Origin: Batkoa obscura
Lineage: Eukaryota
Direction: 5' to 3'
Length of the DNA: 35,056 nt
Assembly (NCBI GenBank): GCA_030770535.1
Contig: JASVEC010000182.1
Location: 1 to 35,056, forward strand
This document shows, one piece after another, positions 11,730 through 23,332 of the stretch; within the stretch, counting starts at the first letter, position 1; each line of letters begins with the position of its first letter. The translations under genes and the position numbers were made by a program. The notes beneath the pieces were generated by a model. The model did not search any database and was not told the origin of the DNA. It saw only the letters and a list, made by a program, of their open reading frames with translations.

Positions 11730-13640
11730 TTATCCAATAACATTATTGATAGATGTCAAAAACATTTTATCCACCACATAATTGTCCAAATTAATTTTGA
11801 TAAACTCAATTGTACTCTCCGAGTCGCATCTTTCACTTTTCAATTTTGAGTCACAGGCAGCTTTCAATAATCTTAACAATTTGAGTACATAGCCTTTAGC
11901 TTCGAGGATAAATTTTTTACCGAATCCTTGATTTAGTAACCATTCTCCTTCACTAATAAAAGATAAACAAGCATAAATTATATACATAATGGAGTTATAA
12001 TAAGGTCCATCGTATTTGACATGAAACCCAGCATTGGTAGCCATAGCACATCTAGCACAAGCAAAAGCACCACGATTTTTTCCATGTGTTTGTTGAATGT
12101 TATATCGTTTCATTATTAAAAAAAATTCTGATAATGATTCGACCGATTTGTATAAGATCATAGCCTCATTAAGAGGGAATTTTTTGGGTTTCGGGATAAC
12201 TAGGACAGAGGGATAATAAAGATAAATCATTACTAAATGAGCATAAGCGTTTAAATGATATTTGAATGCGTTAGATTGATAATATTTTTGTATTCTTTTC
12301 ATGTTCCTTACTTGATCATTTGACTCCATCCTTTTCACTGTGTCAGATATAGATTTGCTATATATCAATTGAGAGGTTAAATTGGTGAACGCTGTATTAA
12401 ACTTTTCATTTGGTAATTGCAACTCAGAATGAGGTATTTCATGTAGCTTATTCAACCTTGAATACTCCGACTTAACCTTTTGAATATGTGATACAATCTG
12501 CGTGAATGATTCGGTGACTATTTTATCGCTATATATATTTTCAAACTTATTATCCGAAAAAATGCCGCTTATCTCCAAGTCAGTTGGTGAATACGAACTA
12601 TTCAATTGTATACTATTTTTGGCACTTGATAGATTGATTTTTACTGGTTTAAAATTAGCATTAAAGCTTGGCATATTTGGAAACATTGTTAAAGAAGTAT
12701 AATAAAATAATGATAATGAATCCCATAAATTTGCAGCCCTTTTTTTTTCATTGAATTCAGTTTCAGGCTTTTTTACTCCTTTACCATACCACAATTTTCT
12801 TTTATCTTCCTCAGCCATCTCTTTTTCACTCTTATCATATCCCAGCAACTGTGCCATTCTTATAGCTAAACTAAAATATCGTGTGTATGATACTAAATCT
12901 GATTTATAAGCTGAAATAGATGCTAAAAAAAACAAACCAATTATATTTTTAAAGGATGAGTTTGCATATGCTTCCGCCAAACATTCCTTTGCTTTTTTAA
13001 AGTTAATTTTATAAACTTGCTTTGTAAGCATACCATTATTCAAGCCTGTAAAACAGGCTAACAAAGCTAGAAAAGCATAGGAAGACATATCAGGCTCGGT
13101 ATTAATTAATAGAGCATTGACTTCATTACGGGTAAACCACATTTGATATATATCAATATATTTTAAATATATAGTAACTCCAGTTTGTAAAAAAGTATCA
13201 TATCCTGTAGTTGGTTGTTTCAACAAGGTAATTGGCTTAATATAATACGTGATGACTTCTTGATTGTTGATGTTTGTTAGTTCATGCTTATAAGCGTCTA
13301 TCAATAGCTCAATATAATCGTAGTCTTCATAAACGGATGCTGTGTCACGCTTTAACTGATCTAGTATTTGGACACACCAAGCTAGATATTCTAATTAGTA
13401 GTTAATAAGTTTATTATTTGTTTTTACAAAGGCGCTTATTTACTGTGATAGAATGACAACTGCGATAAATTCAAGGCATCTGGTTGTTGTAAACTAGCTA
13501 TTGCCTTCTTTGTATTATATTCTAATTTATCCACGCGGCGCCGCCTCCAGTCCATATCGCTACGTAATTGTGCTGGTTATGAGGGTTAATATACATTAAT
13601 TAAAGAAATAAGTGCATTTACATTTCGATATTGTATTCAT
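11730..13640 (-). CDS. Paralog 1: 602-aa protein with a fungal TF middle-homology (Fungal_trans-like) region and no Zn2Cys6 cluster; exons 13640-13622, 13572-13444, 13390-11730
   Basis: Exons of 19+129+1661 nt give 603 codons, with GT-AG introns. AKECLAEAYANSSFKNIIGLFFL...YFSLAIRMAQLLG...EKKRAANLWDSL matches the MHR pattern (AIRMAxxLGL...ERRRLWW). Confidence 0.75.
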
Positions 13641-13704
13641 GATGAAGTTGGATTCTAAATAAACTAAAATGAGATATTGAAATTTTTGATTTTATTTTTT
13701 AAAA

Positions 13705-13723
13705 TGCATTGTCAATTCATGCA
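13705..13723. promoter_or_regulatory. TGCAT-N9-ATGCA inverted repeat 65 nt upstream of the paralog 1 ATG
   Basis: The same motif (N10 spacer) sits at the same distance upstream of paralog 2. Confidence 0.35.
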
Positions 13724-13771
13724 ATTTAAAAAGACACCTATCAAACTTAATAAAAATATAAGAATATGAGA

Positions 13772-13878
13772 ACATGGGAATATATTTTTGTATTGAAGAA
13801 TTTTACTAACAATCTTTTCACCCAAATAGCGCTTAAAAAATGAAAAAAAAGTACTGAAACCAAAGAAACACCCCATAG
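13772..13878 (-). mobile_element. MITE-like element, copy 7
   Basis: acatGGGAATAT...AAGAATTTTACTAAC...AAATAGCGCTTAAAAAATG...AAACACCCCatag. Confidence 0.85.
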
Positions 13879-14551
13879 TTTGATTTCAATTTAATTTGTC
13901 ATAATTGTAAATCAAAAAATATTAGCTTGAAATAAAACAGTCACACATACTTTAGATAAAATATATTCATGTATTATTAGTGACTTATAACAATAAGCCT
14001 ATGAAGTATAACCCATTGTATTAAAACACTAACATGTCAATTTCGAGTTAGAAATGCCTCTCTGAAAATTCAAAATTTATGAGCCTTACTATTACAATTG
14101 ACCAGATTATATTATAAACTACTTGGGCATTTGAGCTTGAATTGTATCATAATTAAATTGAAACACTTTTTAAATAATTAAGTTGCGGCCATTACGGCCT
14201 TTTATGACTTTTTGAGGTAATTTTTATAATAAGATTATTTGTATAATTGATTTGTATAGTCAATCCCTATTTTTAGGTTTAATATGCCATATTCTTTCTC
14301 CTTAAATGAGCAGTCCCTTAGGTCTAAAGAGCTACAACAGTTGTAATGTTTGTTTTTATTCTAAGTTTAGTTGAATTTTGTTTAATCATTGCTATCAGAT
14401 TTTCATTTATAGTGATCATTATTTTTTAAAATTGGCAACACGAAGTGGAAGCTAATTTTTTCTTACTTCGTGTTCTAGATAACCCATTAATATTGTTATC
14501 TTTTTGTCCACCCTTAATCAGTTGTTGTATTAATTTATATTATAATTTAAC

Positions 14552-14658
14552 ATATGGGAGTGTTTTTTTTGACTTCATTATTTTTTCCATTTTTTAAGCA
14601 CTATTTAAGCAGAAAATTTGTTAGTAAAATTCTTAAACACAAAAATACATCCCTATAT
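14552..14658 (+). mobile_element. MITE-like element, copy 8
   Basis: atatGGGAGTGTTTTTTTTGACTTCATTA...AAAATACATCCCTatat, with ATAT flanks. Confidence 0.88.
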
Positions 14659-15558
14659 TATAAAATAAAAATCCATAATAATTGAACTTGATTATTTAAT
14701 TTAGCTTTTTGTTTATAAATTAATCTGCCATAATAATAGTACTTTATTTTTATAAAAATGATATTTTTCAGGAGTTCAAAGGAGGAATTGAAGATAGTTA
14801 AATGTACTTATTGAAGCTTGAACAATGAAATGAATGTGTTATAACTGGATTTAAAGGAACTTGCAATGAGGCTTTTCAAAGTATGATAAAGGAATTTTAC
14901 AGTTATATCATAAGAAGTAGAAATAATAAGAGATATTTTATCTATTATTAATGTAATAAAAACAGGTATAAAATTTTAAATATGAGTTTTTTGACTTAAA
15001 GTAGCTTTATTGAGAACAAAACAGTATACTTGGCTGCATTAGTCTCATAATAAAAGTTTTATGGTCTTGGTGAACATTTGCTAACCTATCGGAGTTGATA
15101 CAAATCTCTTGATATTGCTTTACACAAAATATTTGTTTTTTAGTTATAAAAATAGTAATATACAAAGAAATAAATGTAATGGTCACAAAGATAATATCTG
15201 AGACTGAAATACTATAATGGAAGTTTTTTATAAATTAGAACCAAAAATAATGTAATCCTTCTTGTGTTGTAATCAATCTATTAAAATATTTGTAAAAAAT
15301 TGAAAAAACTAATGATAATAGAATCAGCTTTATTTAATGCGATACAAACTAACATAAAAACAAAAATATTTAAACAATTTTTAAAGCATTTATACTTATA
15401 ATAATTGTATAGTACAAGATGTTTTATCAAAAATATGAATTGATGTTATTTTTAAATATATTAAATATATTTTTTAGATTTAACTTTTGAGAATAAGTCT
15501 ATTTAACTTGATACTTATTTAAAAAAATACCTATACTATTCAATACATCAAATAGTAT

Positions 15559-17469
15559 TCATGTAATAATGTCTTTAATAGACATCAATATCATTTCATC
15601 TACTTCAAAACTATTTAAATTCTCTTTGATACATTTGGTTGTATTCTCCGAATCTAACTTTTCACTTTTCAATTTCGAGTCGCAGGCAGTTTTTAACAAC
15701 CTCAGTAGTTTCAATACATAACCTTTAGCCTCAATCATAAACTTCTGTCCAAGCCCTTGGCTTAGAAGCCAGTCTTTCTCACTAATAAAAGCCAAATAAA
15801 CATAAATTATATACATAAGCGGAGTATAATAAGGTGCATCATAATTTACCCGAAACCCATCGTTGCTAGCAAACTCGCATCTAGAACAAGCAAAAGCACC
15901 ACGATTCCTACCATGAGTTTGTTGAATGTTATTTCGCTTCATTATTAAAAAAAATTCTGCTACCGATTGAGCAGACTTGTATAAAACTATAGCTTCATTG
16001 ATATAAAACTTTTTAGGTCTTGGAAACACTAATTAGGAAGGGTAATAAAGGTATATTAGTATTAAGTTACAGAAAGCATTTAAGTGATATTTAAATACAT
16101 TGGATTTATAACATTGTTGGATTGCTTTCATATCTTTTACTTGTTGGTTTAGCTCGATCTTTTTTGTTATTTCAAATAGGGATGGATTGTTTACCAATTG
16201 ACTGGTTAAATTCATTAACACAGTATTAAATTTTTCTTTAGGTAATTGTAATTCATGATGGGGTATTTCATAAACTTTGTCCAATCTTGAATAATTTAGT
16301 TTGATGTTTTGAACATGTGCTGCTATCTCAGCAAACGACTCAGCTGCTATTTTTTCACTGTGTACTTTTTCGAATTCATTATTTAAAAAAACACTGTTTA
16401 TTTCCAAACCAATTGATGGATAAGAGCTATTCACTTCTAAACCATCTTGAATATTTTTTGATAAATCGATTTTTACTGGTTTAAAGTTAACATTAAGCCT
16501 TGGCATATTTGGAAATATCGAAAAAATAGTATAATAAAATAATGATAACGAATTCCATAACTCTATACCCCTTTTCCTTTTTTCGAACTCTACCTCAATC
16601 TCCTCCACTCCTTTAACATATTCTGATTTCCTTTTATTTTCCTCAAGCATCTCCCTTACACTCTTATTATACCCTAATAACTGTGCCATCCTTATAGCTG
16701 AGCTAAAATACCGTAAGCTTACTACTGGTTCCGCTCTATACCCTGAAATAAAGCACATAAACAATATGCCAATCACATTGTCAAATGATGGATTGGCATA
16801 TGCTTCCACTAAGCATTCCTTTGCTTTTTTGAAATGAATTTTATAAATATGATGTGCTAATGTACTATTTTTCAAACATAAAAAATAAGCCAACAAAACC
16901 AATATAGCATGGGAAGACAGATTAGGTTCAGCGTTAGTCAATAAGGCGCTGAATTCTTTACGAGTATACCACATTTGATATGAGTCAATATATTTTAAAT
17001 AAATCTTTAAACCAGATTGTAGAAAGGCTCCATAACCTGTGGCCGGTTGCTTTAGTAAGGTGTCTGGATTGACAAGGTAGACGATATTTTCATTGTTGTT
17101 TATATTTACCAGCTCACGTTTATAAGTATGTATCAATAACTCAATATAATCATAGTCTTCATAAAGAGAAAAAGAGTCATACTTTAGTTGTCTTAATATT
17201 CCGATGCACCAGGCTAAATATCCTTAACTAAAATTAGTATTTATGTTTAATTTTTAAGGATATTCATTTACTATGATATGATGTCAATTGTCCTCCACTC
17301 AAGCTCCTTAGACGCTGTAAATGGGCTATTGTAGACTTTATATTATATTCCAAAGCATCCACGCGATAGCGTCTCTTATCTATCTCACTGCGAGGTTTCC
17401 CTGTGTAATAAAATTTAGCTTATACCGGCTAAAGAAATTATATTATTTACTTTTTGATAGTGTATTCAT
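15559..17469 (-). pseudogene. Paralog 2 of the MHR-like family with a premature in-frame TAA at 16033-16035; exons 17469-17451, 17400-17272, 17222-15559
   Basis: It has the same 19/129-nt exon layout as paralog 1. ORFs 16033-17136 and 15559-16029 are in one frame, reading YYPS*LVFP versus YYPSVLV in the other two copies. Confidence 0.7.
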
Positions 17470-17532
17470 GATAAAACTGATTTAAATAAATTGAAATGAA
17501 ACGTTGATTCTTATGAATGTCTATTTTTAAGG

Positions 17533-17552
17533 TGCATTTAAAATTTTATGCA
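17533..17552. promoter_or_regulatory. TGCAT-N10-ATGCA inverted repeat 64 nt upstream of the paralog 2 ATG
   Basis: Position matches the motif at 13705-13723. Confidence 0.35.
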
Positions 17553-18116
17553 TTTTGGAAATCTGAATTAAATTTGTAGAGGAGAGGAGCATGATTTGTA
17601 ATTTAAGATTGAAATTGAATACACTTTACAGTTATTATAAAAATGGCTTGTTTTCACACCTATATCTATCTCTCTTTCGTCATTGTCTTTTCTCTTGAAA
17701 GATTTCTTACCCTTCTAATATACCACTCCATTTACTAAATGATTTAAAAAAGGCTTGTTTTAACATATAAAGGCATCATTGTCTTTAAAACAAGTTAAAA
17801 ATTTAGAATAAAAGGTGAGCACTTTAACAAAATTAAAGTAAGTAATAGATAGGTGTTAATATTGACTATAACTCAAGAAATGAAAAAATATTAAAAATGT
17901 TATTTTAAACTCAATTAAACGTTATTTATAGCAATGATAGTTACTGTTTTTTATAAACTATCATGTATTATGAATACAAGCAAAAAGGGTAGTAAATAAA
18001 AAATATTCTTATATACATTTAAAAATTAAAAAACATTAATTTGGACATAGCATTATTATAGCTTGTATAAAGAACTGAATGAATATAAATTGCATAAATT
18101 ATTTATAAAGTTAAGT

Positions 18117-18217
18117 ATATAGGAATGTATTTTTTTTAAGAATTTTACTAATAATCTTTTCGCCCATGGCGCTTAAAAATTAAAAAAAATTAAAAAATCA
18201 AAAACAACCGCTACATG
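18117..18217 (-). mobile_element. MITE-like element, copy 9 (degenerate)
   Basis: atatAGGAATGTATTTTTTTTAAGAATTTTACTAATAATCTTTTCGCCCATGGCGCTTAAAAA...; the right end is decayed. Confidence 0.75.
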
Positions 18218-18356
18218 CTCTATTTTTGATTTTGAAAATTCAACATTCAGTTTTTATTTAATATTTTATAAACATTATATAAGATTGTTAGTTAACTATT
18301 TATTACAATTGTTTTTTACATTTTCTAGAATAACGATTTAATTCTATTAGATTCTC

Positions 18357-18462
18357 ATATGGGAGTATTTTTTTTGACTTCATTATTTTTTTCATTTTTT
18401 AAGCGCTATTTGAGCGGAAAGTTTGTTAGTAAAATTCTTAAATACAAAATACATCCCCATAT
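18357..18462 (+). mobile_element. MITE-like element, copy 10
   Basis: atatGGGAGTATTTTTTTTGACTTCATTA...AAGCGCTATTTGAGCGGAAA...ACATCCCCatat, with ATAT flanks. Confidence 0.88.
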
Positions 18463-18550
18463 CTTATTTTTAAATTTAACTTTTAGCATATTTTAAATAT
18501 TTTTATATTTTGTTGAATAAATCACTATCAATACATTCATTTCCCCCTAT

Positions 18551-20462
18551 TTATCCAATAATACTATTGATAGATTTCAAAAACATTTTATCTACCATAT
18601 AGTTGCCTAGATTCTTTTTAATAAATTGAATTGTGTTTAATGACTCTAATCTTTCACTTTTTGATTCAGAATCAAGAACAGCTTTTAATAGTCTCAACAA
18701 TCTTAGCACATAACACTTTGCTTTAATAATAAATCTTTGTCCAAGCTTTTGAGCCAATAACCAGTTTTCTTTGCTAATAAAAGCTAAATAAACATACACA
18801 ACATGCATAATTGGGGTATAAAAAGGTCCTTCAAAATTAAGATAAAACCCATTGGCACTAGCTAACTCAGACCTAGCACATGCAAAAGCTCCACAGTTCC
18901 TACCATAACTTTGCTGGATGTTATTTTGCTTAATTATTAGATAGAATTCTGCTATCGATTGTGCTAATTTATTTAAAAGTATAGCTTCATTGATAGTAAA
19001 TCTTTTAGGTTTTGGAAACACCAGTACAGAGGGATAGTATAAGTAGATAAGTGTTAAATGAACAAACGAATTCAAGTGGTAGTTAAATGTATTGAACTCA
19101 TAATATTTTTGGATTATTTTTGCCTTTTTTGTTTGCTTCTTTGAATCTATTTTTTTCACTTTATCATATAAAGATGGATTGTAGACTAATTGACTAGTTA
19201 AGTTAGTCAATACAATACTAAATCTTTCTTTAGTTAACTCCAATTCATGTTGAGGTATTTTATCTATAACGTCCTTTCTTAAGTAATTTAGCTTTATTTT
19301 TTGAATATGAGCTATTATCTCAGCGGATGCCTCAGTCACTATTTTTTCACCATAAATCTTTTCAAGTTCACTGCTTGAAAAAGCACCATCTATTTGCGAT
19401 CCGCTCGGTGAGGAAGTATCATTTGCTTGTAAACCATTTTCAACACTTTTTAGTAAATTAATTTCCATTAATTTGAAATTAACATTAAGGTTTGGCATAT
19501 TTGGGTATATTGATAAGTAGGAATAATAAATAAAGGATAGTGATTCCCATAGCCTCATACCCCTCTCTTTTTTCTTAAATTCTATCTTAATTTCTTCTGG
19601 TCTTTTACTATACACCAAATTCCTGCTATATTCCTCAACCATCTCACTCGCACTCTTATTACACCCCAAAGCCTGTGCCATCCTTATAACTAAGCTAAAA
19701 TATTTTGTAACAGATGCCAAATCCGAGATATGAGCTGAAATAAAGCACATGAATAGTATACCAACTACATTACTAAAAGATGGATTGGCATATGCTCGTA
19801 TCAGCCCTTCTTTTGCTTTTTTAAAATTAATTTCATATATATGATGTGCCAACGTGTTGTTTTTTGAACGTGAAAAGTAAGCTAATAAAGTCATAAATCC
19901 ATGGGAACATAGATCTGGGGTATTGTTGGTTAATAAAATATTGACCTCTTTATGAGTATACCATACCTGATGTAAATTGATGTACTTCAAATAGATAGTG
20001 ACACCATTTTCCAGAAAAGTGCCATATCCAGTAGCTGGCTGCTTTAATAAGATGACAGGTTTGATAATGTAGTCGAAGCTACCATTAATGTTAGTATCTT
20101 CTAATTCTTGTTTATAAATATGCACCAATAGCTCAATATAATCATAGTCTTCATAAAGAGAAAAAGTGTCGTGCTTTAGTTGACGTAATATTTCCATGCA
20201 TTTGGCCAGATATTTTTAGACATCAGTTAGTATCTATTTATATTTTTGAAAAGTACTAATTTACTATGATATACTACTAATTGAATTCCATCCAACCTTT
20301 TTAGACGTTCTAAGCGAGTTATTACAGACTTTATATTATATTCCAAAGCATCCACACGATAGCGCCTCTTATCTACCTCACTACGAGGTTTTTCTGTGTA
20401 ATAGAAATTAATTTGTATTAGTTAAATAAACTATCCTATTTACTTGTTAATGGTGCATTCAT
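18551..20462 (-). CDS. Paralog 3 of the MHR-like family; exons 20462-20444, 20393-20265, ~20214-18551; the second intron lacks its AG acceptor
   Basis: Same 19/129-nt exons. The 548-aa ORF from the internal ATG at 20197 is colinear with paralogs 1 and 2. The homologous acceptor reads TCTAAA|AA TAT instead of ...AG|AA TAT. Confidence 0.7.
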
Positions 20463-20831
20463 GACAAATGAAAATTTACAAATCAAAAAGTAGAGTTTTA
20501 TAGATTTTAGTTTTGAAATGTATCCTTATACAAGTCAAGAAATCTAGTTTAAGTTTATACGAAAAGAAAGCATATTTATGCAAAAGTTGATGGCATTTTG
20601 CTATTAGAATAAAAAGGCTTACTTTTACATAAGAATCAATAATGCCTTTAAAATTAAAAAGACTGAACATTAGAATAGGATATGAGCACTCTAATAATCT
20701 CAAGTGAAATAACCAAACATTACTATAGACTAAAGCTTGAAAAGAAGTTGAAAAAAGAGATAAAATGTATTAAACTTTAAAAATTGTCTTACTTTATTTA
20801 AAAAAAATTGTTTTTTGCTTTAAAGTTTATT

Positions 20832-20938
20832 ATATGGGGGTGTTTTTTTTGGCTTCATTACTTTTTCTATCTTTTAAGCGCTATTTGAGTGGAAAAATTG
20901 TTAGCAAAATTCTTAAACACAAAAATACATTCCCATAC
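20832..20938 (+). mobile_element. MITE-like element, copy 11
   Basis: atatGGGGGTGTTTTTTTTGGCTTCATTAC...AAAAATACATTCCCatac. Confidence 0.88.
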
Positions 20939-21479
20939 CCTTTTTTTAAAACGTTTGGCATATCACAAAATTAAAAGGGTTCTATTTTTTGCGCTACTTT
21001 TTGAAAGTTTAGCCTAATTGATATACTTTTGGCAAAAACAATCAAGCCAAAAAAATTATAAAAACTAATCAAATTTCAGAAATCAATTAAAAGATGGATT
21101 ACAGTTTTAAAGCAAAGTTTAATAACTTTTTATATCAGCATCAAAAATTTGTGAGTTTTATTTGTGTCATTAATTTTAAACTGTTAATTAGCAAGTTTTC
21201 ATAAAGCTTCAATAAGTATACAATAAGTCATTAAACCTCCCTTTTATTTAAAATTGTAATCTATTTTTTGAATTTAATTGACTTTCTTTCAAAATTTCGT
21301 TTAGTTCTCACAATTTTTAACTCAATTGTTTTGGAAAAAAAGTGTATTAAAAGTCAGCCAAATTCCAACAAAAGTTAGCTTTATTTAAACAAAACTTTAA
21401 GTGTGTCAATTTTAATAATTTAAGGTTTTGTGTATCTTAATCTTTAAATTTGATTAAATTTGCAACGCTTTTCAATAGC

Positions 21480-21582
21480 ATATGGGGATGTATCTTTTTG
21501 TTTAAGAACTTCACTAATAGTTTTTCCACTTAGTGTTCAAGAAATGGAAAAAGTATTGAAATAAAAAAAACACCCCCTATAT
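21480..21582 (-). mobile_element. MITE-like element, copy 12
   Basis: atatGGGGATGTATC...TTAAGAACTTCACTAA...AAAACACCCCCTatat, with ATAT flanks. Confidence 0.82.
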
Positions 21583-23332
21583 GTAATATTTTTATTGACC
21601 AAGTATAAAAAACTTTATAAAAAAGATATAGTTTTATGAGGATCAATTAATAAAAGTAAAAAATAATTAATTACTCTTATTAGTTTAAACAATTTTATTC
21701 AAACCCACCTTATTATCTGGGTCTTAATGACGACTGAATTAAGTTGGGTTAACTGATCTCTACCCCGGTTTAAAGGGCTAGGCACTTGTTAAGATTAAAT
21801 TTAAGTGGTTCTATTGTTTTTTTCTAAAGCTATCAAAGCCGATTTTTTATGTCAATAATGTTTATCCATTATTTAGAGTCTACTTTAAAAATAAAAATTT
21901 ATATGCTCAACAAACTGATATTCTTCAAAAATACTTAGTGTCCAAGAGTAGCAGATAAAAAAATGTACTTTAGGTTTCAGAGATGTCACCGTTGAGAGTT
22001 ATTTCAAGAAAAATATCCAAAATAAACAGTATAAATAAATTGTTATGAAATAAAACTCATTCTAAGTTGAAATAATATTAACATAAAATTTATTTATTTA
22101 TACACTAAAATTACTATTTATTTTTATTTTATCTTATATTGCAAAACATTATACTCATTTATAATCAGTAATCTTCTACACCCTATATAACTCAATAATA
22201 ACATCTGTCCAATTAAACTTAAACTTAATGAGAATATAACTTAGTACTTTTAATATACTAAACAGGATTTATTAATAATCTTATAAATCAATAATTAAAA
22301 GAGCAAACAAAACCAAATAAAACAAAAGAATGCTAATTTGCTACTTAAAAATTAATAATAGATAAATAGAGTACTTTTAATTACTGACATGCGCTATGTT
22401 TTTGAGGTATGAGGTTTTAAAGTTTGAATCATCAAATTTGATGTTTACGGCATCAATTGCTTTCAGTATTAGCAATTTAGTCAATTATTTCTTAAAATCG
22501 AATAGTATCTCATGATAGAAATCCAGCTTAAAGTAATGACCCACATCACTCTAAAATAACAAATAAAAGATCAAGCTTTTGATTAACAAATAGAACATTT
22601 TAGACAATAAAACTAACAACGCAACAAATAAACGAAAAATAGAACTTAACAATTTATTAATGAAAATTAATAATAGAAGCAACAATAAAGATACTATTTC
22701 ATTTCTACTTACATATCTTATAAACAAAGGGAAAAAGGGTGACTTAAAAAAGGAAACTTAATTAATATAATGAGATTAAAGAAATAGGAATTAAGCAATA
22801 AATTTAGTTCCTCAAGTGGGTGAATAAAGAGACCAGTTTATAAATGAAAAAAAGAATGTTAGATCAACCGGAATCTAAAAATAGATTTTAAAGGAGTAAG
22901 CAAATAAAACATGAGAGGAAGTGGAGACTTTAAATAGAAGAGGAATGATTGGGTAGTTCAGGATCGGTCTATTGGAAAAATAAGTTTAACTTTTAATTGG
23001 TCAAACTTGTAAATAGAAAATTATAAAAGCACAGCAAAAATACACAGTGATCTTTTTTTATAAAATTAAATTTTACAAGTTAGAAACTAAAGTTTAACTA
23101 ATAGCCTCAAAAGTTCAGCATAGTGTATGAACTTTAGATGAAATTAAGAACCTTTATATTCAATTAATCTATATACCCATTTGATTTTCGTTTTCGTTTT
23201 ATGTTCAATTAGACTACTCTATTAATTACTTTCCTAATCCCTAATATCATTTGATTTTATTTCGTTATTGTGTACTACTACGTTGTTGAACAACTTTCTT
23301 TGGTTAAGCCTATTTAATAATATTATTTTACA

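Noticed and set aside
21718..21800. Relatively GC-rich patch with ATGACGA and CTGA motifs as a possible C/D snoRNA
   Set aside because: The C box is imperfect, there is no terminal D box at the expected position, and the terminal stem is weak.
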